64,000 bases of DNA, taken from NCBI GenBank assembly GCA_964016885.1, contig OZ024747.1, positions 82,026,001 through 82,090,000 of the forward strand, in the 5' to 3' direction. Made by a program: the position numbers and the translations under genes. The notes under the pieces are model-generated. The model saw only the letters and a list, made by a program, of their open reading frames with translations. It did not search any database and was not told the DNA's origin. Origin of the DNA: Eledone cirrhosa. Its lineage: Eukaryota. Numbering within the stretch: the first letter of the stretch is position 1; each line of letters opens with the position of its first letter. Positions 29,661 to 41,606 of the stretch are shown piece after piece.

Positions 29661-31165
29661 CATTTAATAGTTGTACTAATTGTATGAAGAGCTAACTAAA
29701 ACATACTTCTTACCAGTCTCCCAATCATTCAACTACCCCAACTACCAACAAAATGTCAGTAATTAATACTGAAATGTCTCTCAAAGAATTGGCATTAATC
29801 ACCATTTATCATAATAACTACCATCCAAGTTTATATTATTCTACCTCAATCTACCTGAAGCTGCTCTTGCCTTTTAATTAAAAATCTACACCACTAACAA
29901 CACACCCCAATTGTTCCCTGAAACAGACAAACTTTTAACTGAGAAACCCACCTTGCCAACTCACACCCAAATCCTCACCTACATCCATCATTTATTCCCA
30001 GCAATTGAAATGAGAGTAATAAAACATCATTGCTTAGTGTAATCAATATGTCTTACTGAAATATGTCTTCTGTATAACGTTAATTAGTTACCGTTTAGTT
30101 CTCTAGTTCTCTAGCAGGTGTACCATTTGCACTGGCAGTTCCAGGAATGCACGTGACATTCATTAGCTGAGCAAACTAGTCAGAATTTGTTATTTGAAAA
30201 TTATGATTAGACTGTCTGAATTCTTTCTGACATAAACTGTGAGAGAGGGAGAAAATGATGATGAAAGAAAACGATGGCAAAAAATGTGTAAACAGAGGAA
30301 GGAGGCTAAAAAACAAGGATAAGATTTTATAAAATAATAGAGAAAGAGTTTTTTTTTTTTTTTAAAAGCAAGCAATGAAAAATCAAGTGAGATAGAGAAA
30401 CAGAGAGTCAGAAAGTGAAAAAGGGGAAAGATAAAGATATGAAGATGAGAAAGTGTGAGGAAATAATGAGAAAATGAAAGCAAAATAGGAAGAACTAAAG
30501 AGAAAAGGAAATATCATTCTTGAGATATAAAAGGGTGAGGAAAGAAATGTGACATGTGTGCCCTTCTAGTGCCAAAGAAATGTAAGATAAAACACTACAA
30601 AACATCTTGAAAATTATAATTGAAATAAAAAGAAACCCTAAGAAATCTAGAATTCACCAATAATAAATATCAAAAAGGGAAAATAAGAGGACTAAATTAA
30701 AATAAATATTAAACAACAAATCCTTTTAAGTTCAATGCTAATAGGAATAATTATTGAGAAACAGCATTCACAGCCTCCACTTAAGAAGTGCTGATACTCT
30801 GGTAATATTATTTTTAAAAAACTCACCAAAACACAAATATTTGTATTTTAAAGAAAAAAAGTACTAGCAATCGCATCATTTCTAATGCACAACTTCCAAT
30901 CTGAAGAATACTTTTCTCTACACATGCTAGGAATTGTGTCAATAGGGGAAATCTCAATTCAGTTGTTTAGTTTGCTAGAAATAGTAGTCAAATCAAACAA
31001 CCATTGCCTTCAATAAACAACAAAGGAGACATTAGATAATGAAGTCCTAGTTACACAGTGTCTGGTAAAAGACTGGATGGTTACAGCTGATTTGTTTTCA
31101 TGGGCTTGTTTCATCAGGATTGGCCTGTGGCTGAACAAAAACCTTAAAAGACTATTCAAAGAGAC

Positions 31166-31560
31166 TCATCATCATTGCTTAACGTCCATCTTCCACGCTA
31201 GCATGGGTTGAGCAGGCTGTCTCTTTGTGAGGGATCAGGTTAGGGGACCATGATTTGCTCACACAGAACCGATTTTGACTTGGTTTCTATGGCTGGATGC
31301 CCTTCCTTAACAGCAACCACATTTACAGTGTGTGCTGGGTGCTTTCTGCCATGTGGCTTACATGACCACTTTACAGTGTGGAGTTGGTGCTTTTTGTCAT
31401 GACACCTATACGACCACTTGACCACTTTACAGTGTGGACTGGACGCTTGCTTTTGTAATGACACCTCCTCAACCACTTTACAGTGTGGACTGGGCAGTCA
31501 CTTTTGTTATGACACCTACATGACCACTATAGTGTAGGCTGGGTTCTTTTGCCATGGCGC
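31166..31560 (-). mobile_element. RTE 3' UTR with ~48-bp internal tandem units
   Basis: CAT tail, ggatgcccttcc motif, and about five accactttacagtgtgg units. Confidence 0.8.
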
Positions 31561-31977
31561 ATATTATTAAACTTGCCAAACAAAACACAGACTGCTTTTT
31601 CCTTGGAGCCAAAAAAAAAAAATGTTTTATCTCAAGAATTAAAGACTTTCTACAATATCCAAATCTCCCTAATGGAAGTTATTCTCTTTGCACTATCTTC
31701 AGTTAATTATATCTAACATTCAGAAGAAAACCACTTTTCTTATCTCTTTTATTTAAATCTTCAATCCTTAGGCTATTATAACATGTCATTCTTCAGCCTC
31801 TTTCATTGGTATTAGAATGGATTCTGTTTTTACAGTCATCTAGTTGTATTTAACTTCCACTTAAACAGTATTTTGCATCAGCCTCTCAATGTCAAACTAC
31901 ACATTGTTTTTTAATTCATAAACAAAACAGTTATTAGATCCAGTCATCATTTCCAAACACATTACTGGCAGCATGTG

Positions 31978-32305
31978 ATGGTGCATGGCTTAGTGGTTAG
32001 AGCATTGGGCTTGCAATCGAAAGGTTGCGAGTTTGATTCTCGGATTGAGTCATGCATTGTGTCCTCGAGCAAGACACTTTGCTAAAGTTTACTCAGCTAT
32101 AGAAATGAGTTGTAACGTCACTGGTGCCAAGCTGTGTCGGCCATAGCCTTTCCCTTGGACATCATCAGTGGCATGGAGAGGGGTGGCTGGTATGCATGGG
32201 CGTCTGCTGGTCTTCCTCAAAAATCCTTGCACGGACTTGTGCCTCGGAGGGAAACTTTCTAGGTGTAAATCCCATGGGCATTCGTGACCGAAGGGAGCCT
32301 TTGAC
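31978..32305 (+). mobile_element. tRNA-derived SINE, near full length
   Basis: A box TGGCTTAGTGG, degenerate B box GTTTGATTC, tgtgtcctcgagcaagacactt domain. Confidence 0.8.
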
Positions 32306-32499
32306 TGGCAGCATCATCACCACTAATCCCTATAAACATATTCACATTTATAATCCAATACAGCTGACATGTTTTTATACTGGTCGCAATTATGTATATA
32401 TATATATATATTTAAACTCACATAGATTATATATATATATATATATACACATATATATATATATGCTCGCATACACACATATGTATATATATATATATA

Positions 32500-32820
32500 T
32501 ATATTAATAAAAGGAATTCCAACTTTGTCTGATTTACTCATGGTTTTTCTGTAGTTTTTCTGTGGTGACAGTCACGTTTGCAATTTTCAACTGTTGAAAA
32601 TTGCAAACTTGACTGTCACCACAGAATATGAACCTGAAGATTGCGAAAGCATGAAAGTACTTGTTCAATTAACACTTAACATTTAATATTCTACCATACT
32701 ATTTCATTCTAATACCATTCTAAATTTTAAAGGATTGTAAATAAAACGAGTAAATCAGACAAAGTTGGAATTCCTTTTATTAATATAATCTTCTATACAC
32801 AATCATACACACCCGTGTAT
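32500..32820 (+). mobile_element. Second copy of the 17113 fold-back element; left arm internally deleted
   Basis: Right arm and tail near-identical to 17306-17525. Left arm keeps only 32500-32540 and 32558-32591. TA flanks. Confidence 0.85.
32629..32667 (+). ncRNA. Minimal type-I hammerhead ribozyme
   Basis: TGAAC-CTGAAGA-TTGC GAAA GCAT-GAAA-GTAC-TT-GTTCA; stem II capped by a GNRA loop. Confidence 0.8.
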
Positions 32821-35526
32821 ATATATGTAGCAAGTGTTTAGGAAAAGTAAGGTTTATTCAAATAAACACTTATAAACATATATGGATATATGCATATATC
32901 TATATAAACAAAGAATTTTCACATCCCACCAGTTTATGTCCACACTCAATTCCACAGTTGGTACAGAGATACGGTGATATATGAAATCCCACCCTAACAC
33001 CACAAAAGAGGAGGAGTTAATGTATCTAACCCAATTATACCTTTATACATATAGATGTATGTGTGTGTATGTCTGATTATGTGTGGGTGCCTATGTGTAA
33101 ATGTGTGTTGGACAAATTTGACTGTTAAACTATTGTTGTTGGATTGAAATTTGCTAAAAGAAAAGAAAAATGCACTAATAATGATGCCAAGGATAACAAG
33201 TAATTGTAAACTATATAAAACAAAATAAGAATAATCAATATTAAACAGAGAGAAAAAGTTGTAGAAAAAAGGAATAGAAGATGAATTGTTCCAGTAGATG
33301 TGAAAAGTCTACTAGCACAATGGGAGTACTTAATAGTTGAAGAAAATAGTGATATTGATGTTTGTTGTGATGACAAGAAATGATAACAATGATGATAATG
33401 AGGTGAAGCAAATGTTGATAAAAGTAAAAAAGATGTTCATCAAACTATAATTGATATGATGAGCTATTTATGATGTAAAACTACATGTAAAGAAAGAGAT
33501 GAAGCATCAATAGTTACAACAAAATTATCAAGAAAATTTCAATAAAACAGTCTAATGTTCTGTTATATAATGTTTTGTAAATATGATAAGGTTCTATCTC
33601 ACTTTTTTTTTTTTTTGCTGTTATTACTTAGCCTAGGCCAGTAAAAGTGGTAGAATCTCTATGATACAATTAATATCTTGTCTATTTAATTGTGAGCATC
33701 TCCATTCAAGAAACCCAGTTGTGTACCCAAATCAAATCCTGTCCCCTGCCATATCTACTATTACAGTCAATCTTAAAATATTCATAACATTTAGTTTTTA
33801 ATGACTATATTTTTAATGCCGTACACTGCTTAAGTGTTTCAATACTTTTCACAAAGAATTTAGAGACATTTAGTAAAATACTCAACTTTATTATTGGTAT
33901 TTGGAACATAACAAAAAGATTCTTACATAAAATTATGAGGCAAAGTTTAAATTTAGTTATGAATATTTTAAGGATAATTTTTAACCATAGAACAAGGATC
34001 AATCGGAAGTGGGCTACCCTTTTATTATTATATTTCTAGTAAACAAATACTGCCTATGGTTTTCAAATAATTTTGAATATAATCAAGAAGTCACAGGGAT
34101 TTAGTAATATACCTAACTTTCACATCATTAGATAGGTATTTGAAGCTGAATATAATTAGGTCTCTTACATATGAGAGAAAGCTTAGGAATTAAAATAAAC
34201 ATTTTAAAAATAAATAGTTATATAGCATAGAACCAGAGATGGTTTTATGTGGTTTGATATTTCCTACATGAACCTCATAGTTAAATTACAGCCATCCTTT
34301 TACATTAAAAGATGCAATTAGAACTAAAACTGCATTGTTGCTGTATTCACTGTCCTATTCCCATTAAAATGCTAGCTCACTGTTCAATCTTTCTACTATA
34401 GCTACAATGTTGCACATCTGGAAAAGTATATAACATAGATCACTTTAAATTACTTGCTTCTTTTATGCATGATTGGTCAGAAGTAGTAAACTCATCTGGT
34501 AGTAAATACAACTATTCCAATATGTGAATGTCTGAGTTTGAGAAACAAGTTTGGACAACTTAAAAGTAAGATATTAGTGTTTAACTTCCTCAAGCACACA
34601 GAAATGGCAAGGTTAATGTGAGAAAGAGACCCTTCAACTTTTTCTTTCTCTGCCCCACCCATTCCTCAATTATTCTTCAAGTCAAATATAGCCAAAAGTT
34701 TGTTACAAGGACACAACATAATGTCTAAAATAAGATATGAACAGACTCAAGGTCACTTATTGTTTTCTTTCTTTCGATCTTTATGTTTGTATGTTTGCAT
34801 TTTCTTTTGATTGAACTTGCTTCAACCATTATTGATTCGTATTCATAGCCTCAATTCCAAAATGACTTCATCCACTAAACTGAAGCACCAGGAAAACATA
34901 TCGATCAGGCATTGTTTTAATAATAAATCGAAATGAAAGAAGATAATGATCCAAAGAATTGGGGAAAACAATAGAAACCTTGTTTTAGAAGCACAGGAGT
35001 TAGAACCAACTAATTTGCAACCCCTATTGTTGTTAAAGCAATAACCTCTTCATTAACTTTTTTCTTTCTATTTTTTCTTTTTTACATTTTTGTAACATTA
35101 ATTAATAATATACCTTCGTGTGTGGAAACCTCCATTTAATTGTTTTCCATCTTCATTTCTATACACAGCAAATAATTTTTGGTTTCTTTGTGTGTATATA
35201 TACATAGAAATATATAAATATATATATATACACTCACACACTCATACACGCATATATATTTATATATATGTATACATACATAAATACAAAGACACACATA
35301 TATGCATATACAGACATATAGAAACAAAAAGGAAAAAGAGAAGAAGAAAGGGTAATATGTGTGTGGTTACAGTTATTTTCTATATAATACATTTAATTCA
35401 TATAAACAATCTCAGTCTACCACATATTTAATAGTCACCAATTCAGTTTTTCTTTGCTGCTGTTTAATTTTTCAAGTTTAGTATGTCTATTTCGTACTTT
35501 AACAGAGAATTGTACATCATCATAAC

Positions 35527-35880
35527 GTATTGGTGTAATGGTTAACACAGTGGTCATGATAGCCAAACATGTGGGTTTGTGTCCCATGTACATCAATGCT
35601 CATCCTTTTTCCAATCTGTGGGTTTTTTATAACTCCAACTATTAGGCTAATTTACTTAGTCAAAAATATGGCGGAAGCTCTATTTCACTATCTAATTAAA
35701 TGGAAAAACAACCTAACTCTCTTCAATTTATTCCAGCCACCTCATCATCAGACTTTGTTTGATGGCCTAATGAAACTATTCCAAGAGTTTTCATTTAGAA
35801 TATGTACACCATATCTCTACATCTCATAAGAGGTAACTAAATAGGTTGGCACCATGAAGGGCATCCAGCTGTAAAAAGAA
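35527..35880 (+). mobile_element. Possible old tRNA-SINE with RTE-type tail
   Basis: A-box-like TGGTGTAATGGTTA head; gttggc...gaagggcatccagctgtaaaa tail at ~35843. Confidence 0.4.
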
Positions 35881-36645
35881 CTCTAAAAGAACCCCATGGT
35901 AATTATGCTTATATATGAGCAGGATGAAGCTCAAAGTACTCCATAGAAGTCTCTACCCCTCCTCATCAAAACTCAAGATTTGAAACGTGATTGATGGACA
36001 AAGAAATGAAAGGTTGATGAGAGAGAATACTGATGATATGGCAAAGTAGACAAACTTGTTAATAGACTGACAAGGCAAACTCCTGCTTTAGCATGGACAT
36101 ATCTTTAAATGTTTGTTATGTTGTAATTATACACAAGTCAATCCCTTCAGAAGATAATCTTTATCATAGTTATATTAACAGACTGCAGTAGAATGACTTT
36201 CATTAGATTTATATCATTTAGCAGTGAATTAAGGACAAAATGCCTGGAAATATTTCTTCCAGCTCCCAGTGTTCTGAGTTCCAACACTGCCAAATTAAAT
36301 CCAGAGCAGTGAATTGTCAGAATTATTTAAGTATTGTCATCCTCTTTGATTTGATGATGCTTATTTAGACTGTTTTCAATATTTAGATGGAGTAGTTTAT
36401 TATGGTTTTATATAATTTCTCACTGAATTCCAATATAGCTTAGTATGGGTTCAATATGAAAATATTATTCAAACTATTAACAAAATATTACTAAGAGTTT
36501 ACAGTAAAAAAAATGATATTGTTGAAGCCCATATTAGAAATAACAACCAAATTTCTTATAAATCACACACTACTGGTCGTTTAAAAGGAAGGCAATATTT
36601 GACAATACAATCTGCTTTGAACTGTCTGTACAGGCAAAGTGGGAC

Positions 36646-37531
36646 TCATCATCATCATTCGTCGACTACTGTCGAGATGACGGATCTCACTCTCATGCCC
36701 CAGAATTCCCTGTCCCCCATCGCTGCCCCCAGGTCCTGTCTACTGATTCCCGTATCCCTAGAGATAACGTCAGGGAATGACAGCTTCCTACTCCTAGTCA
36801 GGCTGGAGTCAGGGTTCCAGAGCAAGAGAGCGGATATGATTTCATTGCTGGCACGGTGACAGTGGCCAGCAAATTGAGTTCTCCAGGATTTTAGAAGGGC
36901 AGAGGCTCGAGGGAGTTTGCCATAGATTTTAGACAAGGTGGGATGTCGTTTCCAGGATAGGTTTTGCACTCTCATTAAGAGGCGGGTATATGTGCCATCC
37001 AATCTCGATCTCAAGTTGTGATGTTAGTGTCCAAGTTTCGGATCCATAAAGTAATATGGGCTTAATGGTTACTTGTAATATTTCCAGTTTTAGCTTGTTG
37101 GTAAGTTGAGATGTCCATATGGCGTGCATGTCATTGCACGCTGACCATGCCATACCCTTCCTGGTTAGAAAATCTTTTTTGGAGGAGGATATATATGAGC
37201 CAAGATACTTGTAATTTTCCACCTGCTTAAGAGTGGTACCATTAAGGGTTCTGATGGGGTAGTTTGGGCTGTTTGCGCATCTGTTCACATACTCAGTCTT
37301 GGATTCGTTGAGGTACAGTCCAACACAGTTGGACGCTTGCTCTAATGACTTCAAAAGACTCTCAGCATTTTCCAGTGACCGACTGATCAATGCGATGTCG
37401 TCAGCAAAGTCGTTGTCGGTCAAGTATTTTGCTGGGTAGTGTGAGCTTCTCCTAGGCTGTAGTTGGTATCCCCTATCCTGAATCCTATCCACAGACATGC
37501 GCAAAACATAATCCACAACAATGGGACTAAA
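36646..37531 (-). pseudogene. 5'-truncated RTE-type LINE RT (separate family, no PHD insert)
   Basis: DFADDIAL...LYLNESKTEY...YKYLGS...LLYGSETW, frameshift near 37010, then FAGHCHR; (GAT)n tail. Confidence 0.88.
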
Positions 37532-38780
37532 CAACAATATCATATACACTGATCTAATGGCAAAGTTTCTTTAAGAAAACAGTCTATCCTACCAGCCAAT
37601 TTTCATTGATAATACTGAATTAACATAACATGCTAGGTTCATTGATGTCTGTGAAAGATTCTTAACCTCCCCAATGCAAGCTCTATTGATGAGTGACTAC
37701 TAAGCACTTTGTTTTAAAACAAATCAAAACAACTCTTGACTATTTCAGACTAAACAGAGAAAATATAAATCTACAATCTGAAAGGATGTAATGTATAGAC
37801 GATTTATGAAGAGACAAGATCAATCATATCAAAACAAACAAACAACAAGGCTGCCTATTGGGACCATTTACATTTTAAACAAATGGGCAATAAATCATAA
37901 GGATTTTTGTTTTTTAAATAACTACAGATATAACAACAAATGTGTTTCCTCTTTCCAAAAGTATATAACTGCTATTCCCAAAGGAATGTTATTTTTGAAA
38001 ACTTATATATTATTAACAGTGCAATAGCATCAACCACGCAATACAAAATATTAGATTGTTCCATTTCCTATTGATGTGGCAATGTTTTACTTTCTATTAT
38101 AAAAATGAGATATGAAGAGACTATATTTCTGATAAATCTTTCAGAAAATTTGAAAACTTAGTATGACATAGTAGCAGGGTTTGTGAGCATGCTGGGTTAA
38201 CAACTATAATGTCTTCTTACTGAAATTCATCGGAAATGTACATTATCATCCTTTATTTTGACACAATGATGAAAAAATGTCAAGAGTTTCTTAGGCAACT
38301 TAATTTAGGATTATAAGTTGAATTGTCCGAACAGGCTATTAACAATAAAACAAAACACTTAATTATCGTTAAAAACCTTACCTATCTCACTTTCTATCAA
38401 TCTGTTGATACAGTTAGACATAATGAAAAACAAGGCGTTATATCAATACATTCACTTCGTTTTTATATCTTGCAGCTCTTAGATCTAATATTTCCTATTA
38501 CAATTTTCTAAATCGATTTATGAACAACACCAATCTAGAGAGGCAGATCCTATATTTATTTTGTTACCAGGCTGAAGTTCCAAGAATTAATATTTACTGT
38601 AACTGAAGCAAGTGAACACAATAAGGAATAAATGGCTTCATTTCTTTTCCCAATTCTGGTTATTTCATTGCTAAAGCACAAAGAAAGAGAAATCACACAC
38701 ACCTTGTTATATATTACTTTAGGTAAATCCTAATACACCATATGTGTATGTGTCTATATATATATAAGTGTGTTATGTTG

Positions 38781-39059
38781 GTTCCACAAAACTTCCATTG
38801 TAAAGTGGTCATTGTAGGTGTCACAACAAAAAGCATCCAGCCCACGCTGTAAAGTGGTCATGTAAAAGACGGTACAAAGCACCCAACACACACTGTAAAT
38901 GTGGTTGGTGCTAGGAAGGGCATCCAGCCATAGAAAACCAGCCAAAAACAGTTCTATATGAGCAAGACATGTTCACTTGACATAACTTGCCTCTAGATGG
39001 GACAAACAAATCTAATCATTGCTAGCATAGAAGATAGACATTAAACGAAGATGATGATG
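38781..39059 (+). mobile_element. RTE 3' UTR fragment
   Basis: Homologous to 3290-3531; GAT tail. Confidence 0.8.
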
Positions 39060-39221
39060 TCCTATGTAAATTCCACTGACTACATACACACAGTTCAAGA
39101 TACATCATAGCAGTTCAACAGCCATTTTTTTTTCTACTAGAGAGAGTTGTTTATCTGCTGACAACTATTTAAGGGAAAGAACTCTTCCGTCTCTAATAAC
39201 ACACCATTATGGCATATTCCA

Positions 39222-39396
39222 AGGGCGGTAGATTGGCAGTATCGGTAGAGGGTCGGACGCCATGCTTTCCAGCATAGTTACGTCCCTTTACGATCTGAGT
39301 TCAAATCCCGCCGAGGTTGACTTTGCCTTTCATCCTTACAGGGTCTATAAGATAATGCACTGGGTAATTGCTGGCCTTGTACCTAAAGTAGAAACA
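39222..39396 (+). mobile_element. tRNA-derived SINE with Meta-like domain, 16-bp TSD
   Basis: A box TGGCAGTATCGG, B box GTTCAAATCC, gactttgcctttcatcctt..gggtc domain; ATTATGGCATATTCCA at 39206-39221 and 39397-39412. Confidence 0.9.
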
Positions 39397-40809
39397 ATTA
39401 TGGCATATTCCATTTTTCTCACCTATAACTTTTGGTCAGTCCAAATCAAATCAACAGTTTACAATTGTTACTACACTTTAATTTCTGACTTTACTCAACA
39501 ATATTACCACAATGGAATGTTCTGGGGCACAATTTCCCAATATTATCATACTCTACTTTTCAGAGAAATAGTTCACATTTATTAAGATTGCTTTGAAGTA
39601 TTTATCACTTAGGCTATATGTAGTCATGTGTGCGTGTGTACATGTATGTGTATAACAATCCCAAGAGGAGGCAAAGCAGTTAAAATTGGTCACAGGTTGC
39701 CAATTGGAAACCATGTATGATCTGCAACAGATAGCAAGATCAATGGATGGACTTGAATTGACTCCAAATACACAATCAATGGAAATTTCCGCTGCCTGCA
39801 CCATTGCAGACTAGTTATTGCTTGAACAGAACTACGCAAGTTATTGCTGATAAAGCTAAACAGTCTTATATAGATATCTCAGCTCAGAGAGTGATAAAAA
39901 GCAACCAAAAGCTTTGTTTGTGCTGTTGATATTACAGCGTCTGTTGGTGAATATCTTTAAAGAAATATAATGCCATTTTAAAGTTTAAACCTCTGCTGAT
40001 CTTGTAATGCTCCACAGACTTTGCTGAGATGGAAATATTTCACGTTTTAGATTTGGTTTCTATACAATATCAGACATTGAATCCTGACACATTTACAAAT
40101 TGGATTTTCTCTAAATTACCATCTGCTTCACTCAAATAAACACCCCGCCCCCCTCCGACACACACACACATATTCAACTTGAAGATGTGTATATATGTAT
40201 AACTGAGAGTTAAACCATTACTGACACATTCTGATATCCATAACGTGTAGCTATTGAAGCTTTTGAACACTATTTGAATCCAAAACTTCAATTTTCTATA
40301 CTTGTTTTATCAGCATTCATTTCCAAAGATCACTTTATTAAAAGAGGCTTTAAATACTAATGAAATTATGTAAAAAAAAAAAAAAAGTTAAAGTGATCAA
40401 GCTAATCTTAGGACAAATAAAAAGAAATAAACATTTTTTTCTAAGACATTTTAAATCACTTAAATTTTCCTTCCTCCAAATTATATTACTCTCTTTTTAA
40501 CTATATATAAAAATTTAGATTTATCAAGGGAGAGAGAGAATAGTGGGAAGAGGGAATGAGAAGGAGGACAGATGGAGAGTTTTGAAAATTGCAATAGCTG
40601 AGATATTTGTATGAGTGAGGTGAAAAATAAAATCCGTTAAAGTATGAAGGAACTCAGAAGTGTCAACGACCAACCAACAGAAAGTAAAAGAAAACAGGCA
40701 GTCAGAGCTTGTTAGCCTTGGTTGACCATCTGTCTAGGATTTCTAAACTATGGTAGATGGAACTCCTTAGTAACATCATCATCATCTTCGATTAACGTCC
40801 ATTTTACAT

Positions 40810-41017
40810 TGGTGACAACTTTTTAAGTGACCAATGCTCCATCTTTGTAAATCAATATGGGACCTGGATATTGACATAAGCAATTATGCATCGTTTCATG
40901 CACACATCACCAAAATAGTTGCAATGTGCAGACAACTGGTAGGTTAGATTCTGAGAGCTTTCAAGACAAGAGACCGGGAAACCATGTTGGTCCTCTGGAG
41001 GACTTTCCTCCTCAGCC
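40810..41017 (+). pseudogene. CR1/L2-group RT fragment
   Basis: Reads HITKIVAMCRQLVG*ILRAFKTRDRETMLVLWRTF. Confidence 0.65.
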
Positions 41018-41065
41018 AGATACATAGAAAGATAGATAGATAGATACAGAGATATACAGATATAT

Positions 41066-41560
41066 AACTTTGATAACTTTGATAGGTTTCAGCCCGTATT
41101 GGCCCAAGCCATGTCTAGCTTAATAGCACCACCTGGCGAAGTCTTTCAAATCTGGATTTGGACACCATGGCCCACTCAAGTAGAGAGCTATTGTTTATGG
41201 AGATATATCTGGGTGTAGGAGGTTTATCCAGGATTTCTTGAAAGAATTTTTCCAAAGACTTCTTGAACTTTATGGGGTCTGTTTCTGTTTTAATGTGCTT
41301 TGGTGTAATGTTAAAGAGAGCGGGGCCAATTGAGGTGAAATAATTGTGCCGTATTGTTGTTAAGAGATGCGAGTTTGATTTTTGTTGTGGGCGGATAGGA
41401 TGGGGCCCAAACCTTAAGTGTACTGTAAAAGTAATGCCAACATCATTTGAGCACTGCTGATGGAATATTTTCCACATCATGCAGATAATGTAGCGCACAC
41501 GGTGGCATTGGAGAGAATAAAGTTTGAGCTTTTCTAGTCGAACCTAGTAGTCAAGGCCTG

Positions 41561-41565
<5 letters not shown>
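41066..41565 (-). pseudogene. CR1/L2-group LINE 3' end
   Basis: RLEKLKLYSLQ..RxRY..WKI...GPALFN.TP..IK...FKKSLE.F...DKP; short tandem tail (aaagttatc)2. Confidence 0.8.

Positions 41566-41606
<41 letters not shown>

Noticed and set aside
31318-31555. CRISPR-like repeat array (also 29390-29660)
   Set aside because: Units are degenerate and the 'spacers' resemble each other; eukaryotic context, no cas genes.
31978-32050. tRNA gene (also 2410-2482, 35527, 39222)
   Set aside because: No closed acceptor stem; continues into a multicopy SINE body.
39655-39815. Short GC-richer open frame (…MYDLQQIARSMDG…)
   Set aside because: About 50 codons, no clear splice signals or recognisable homology.
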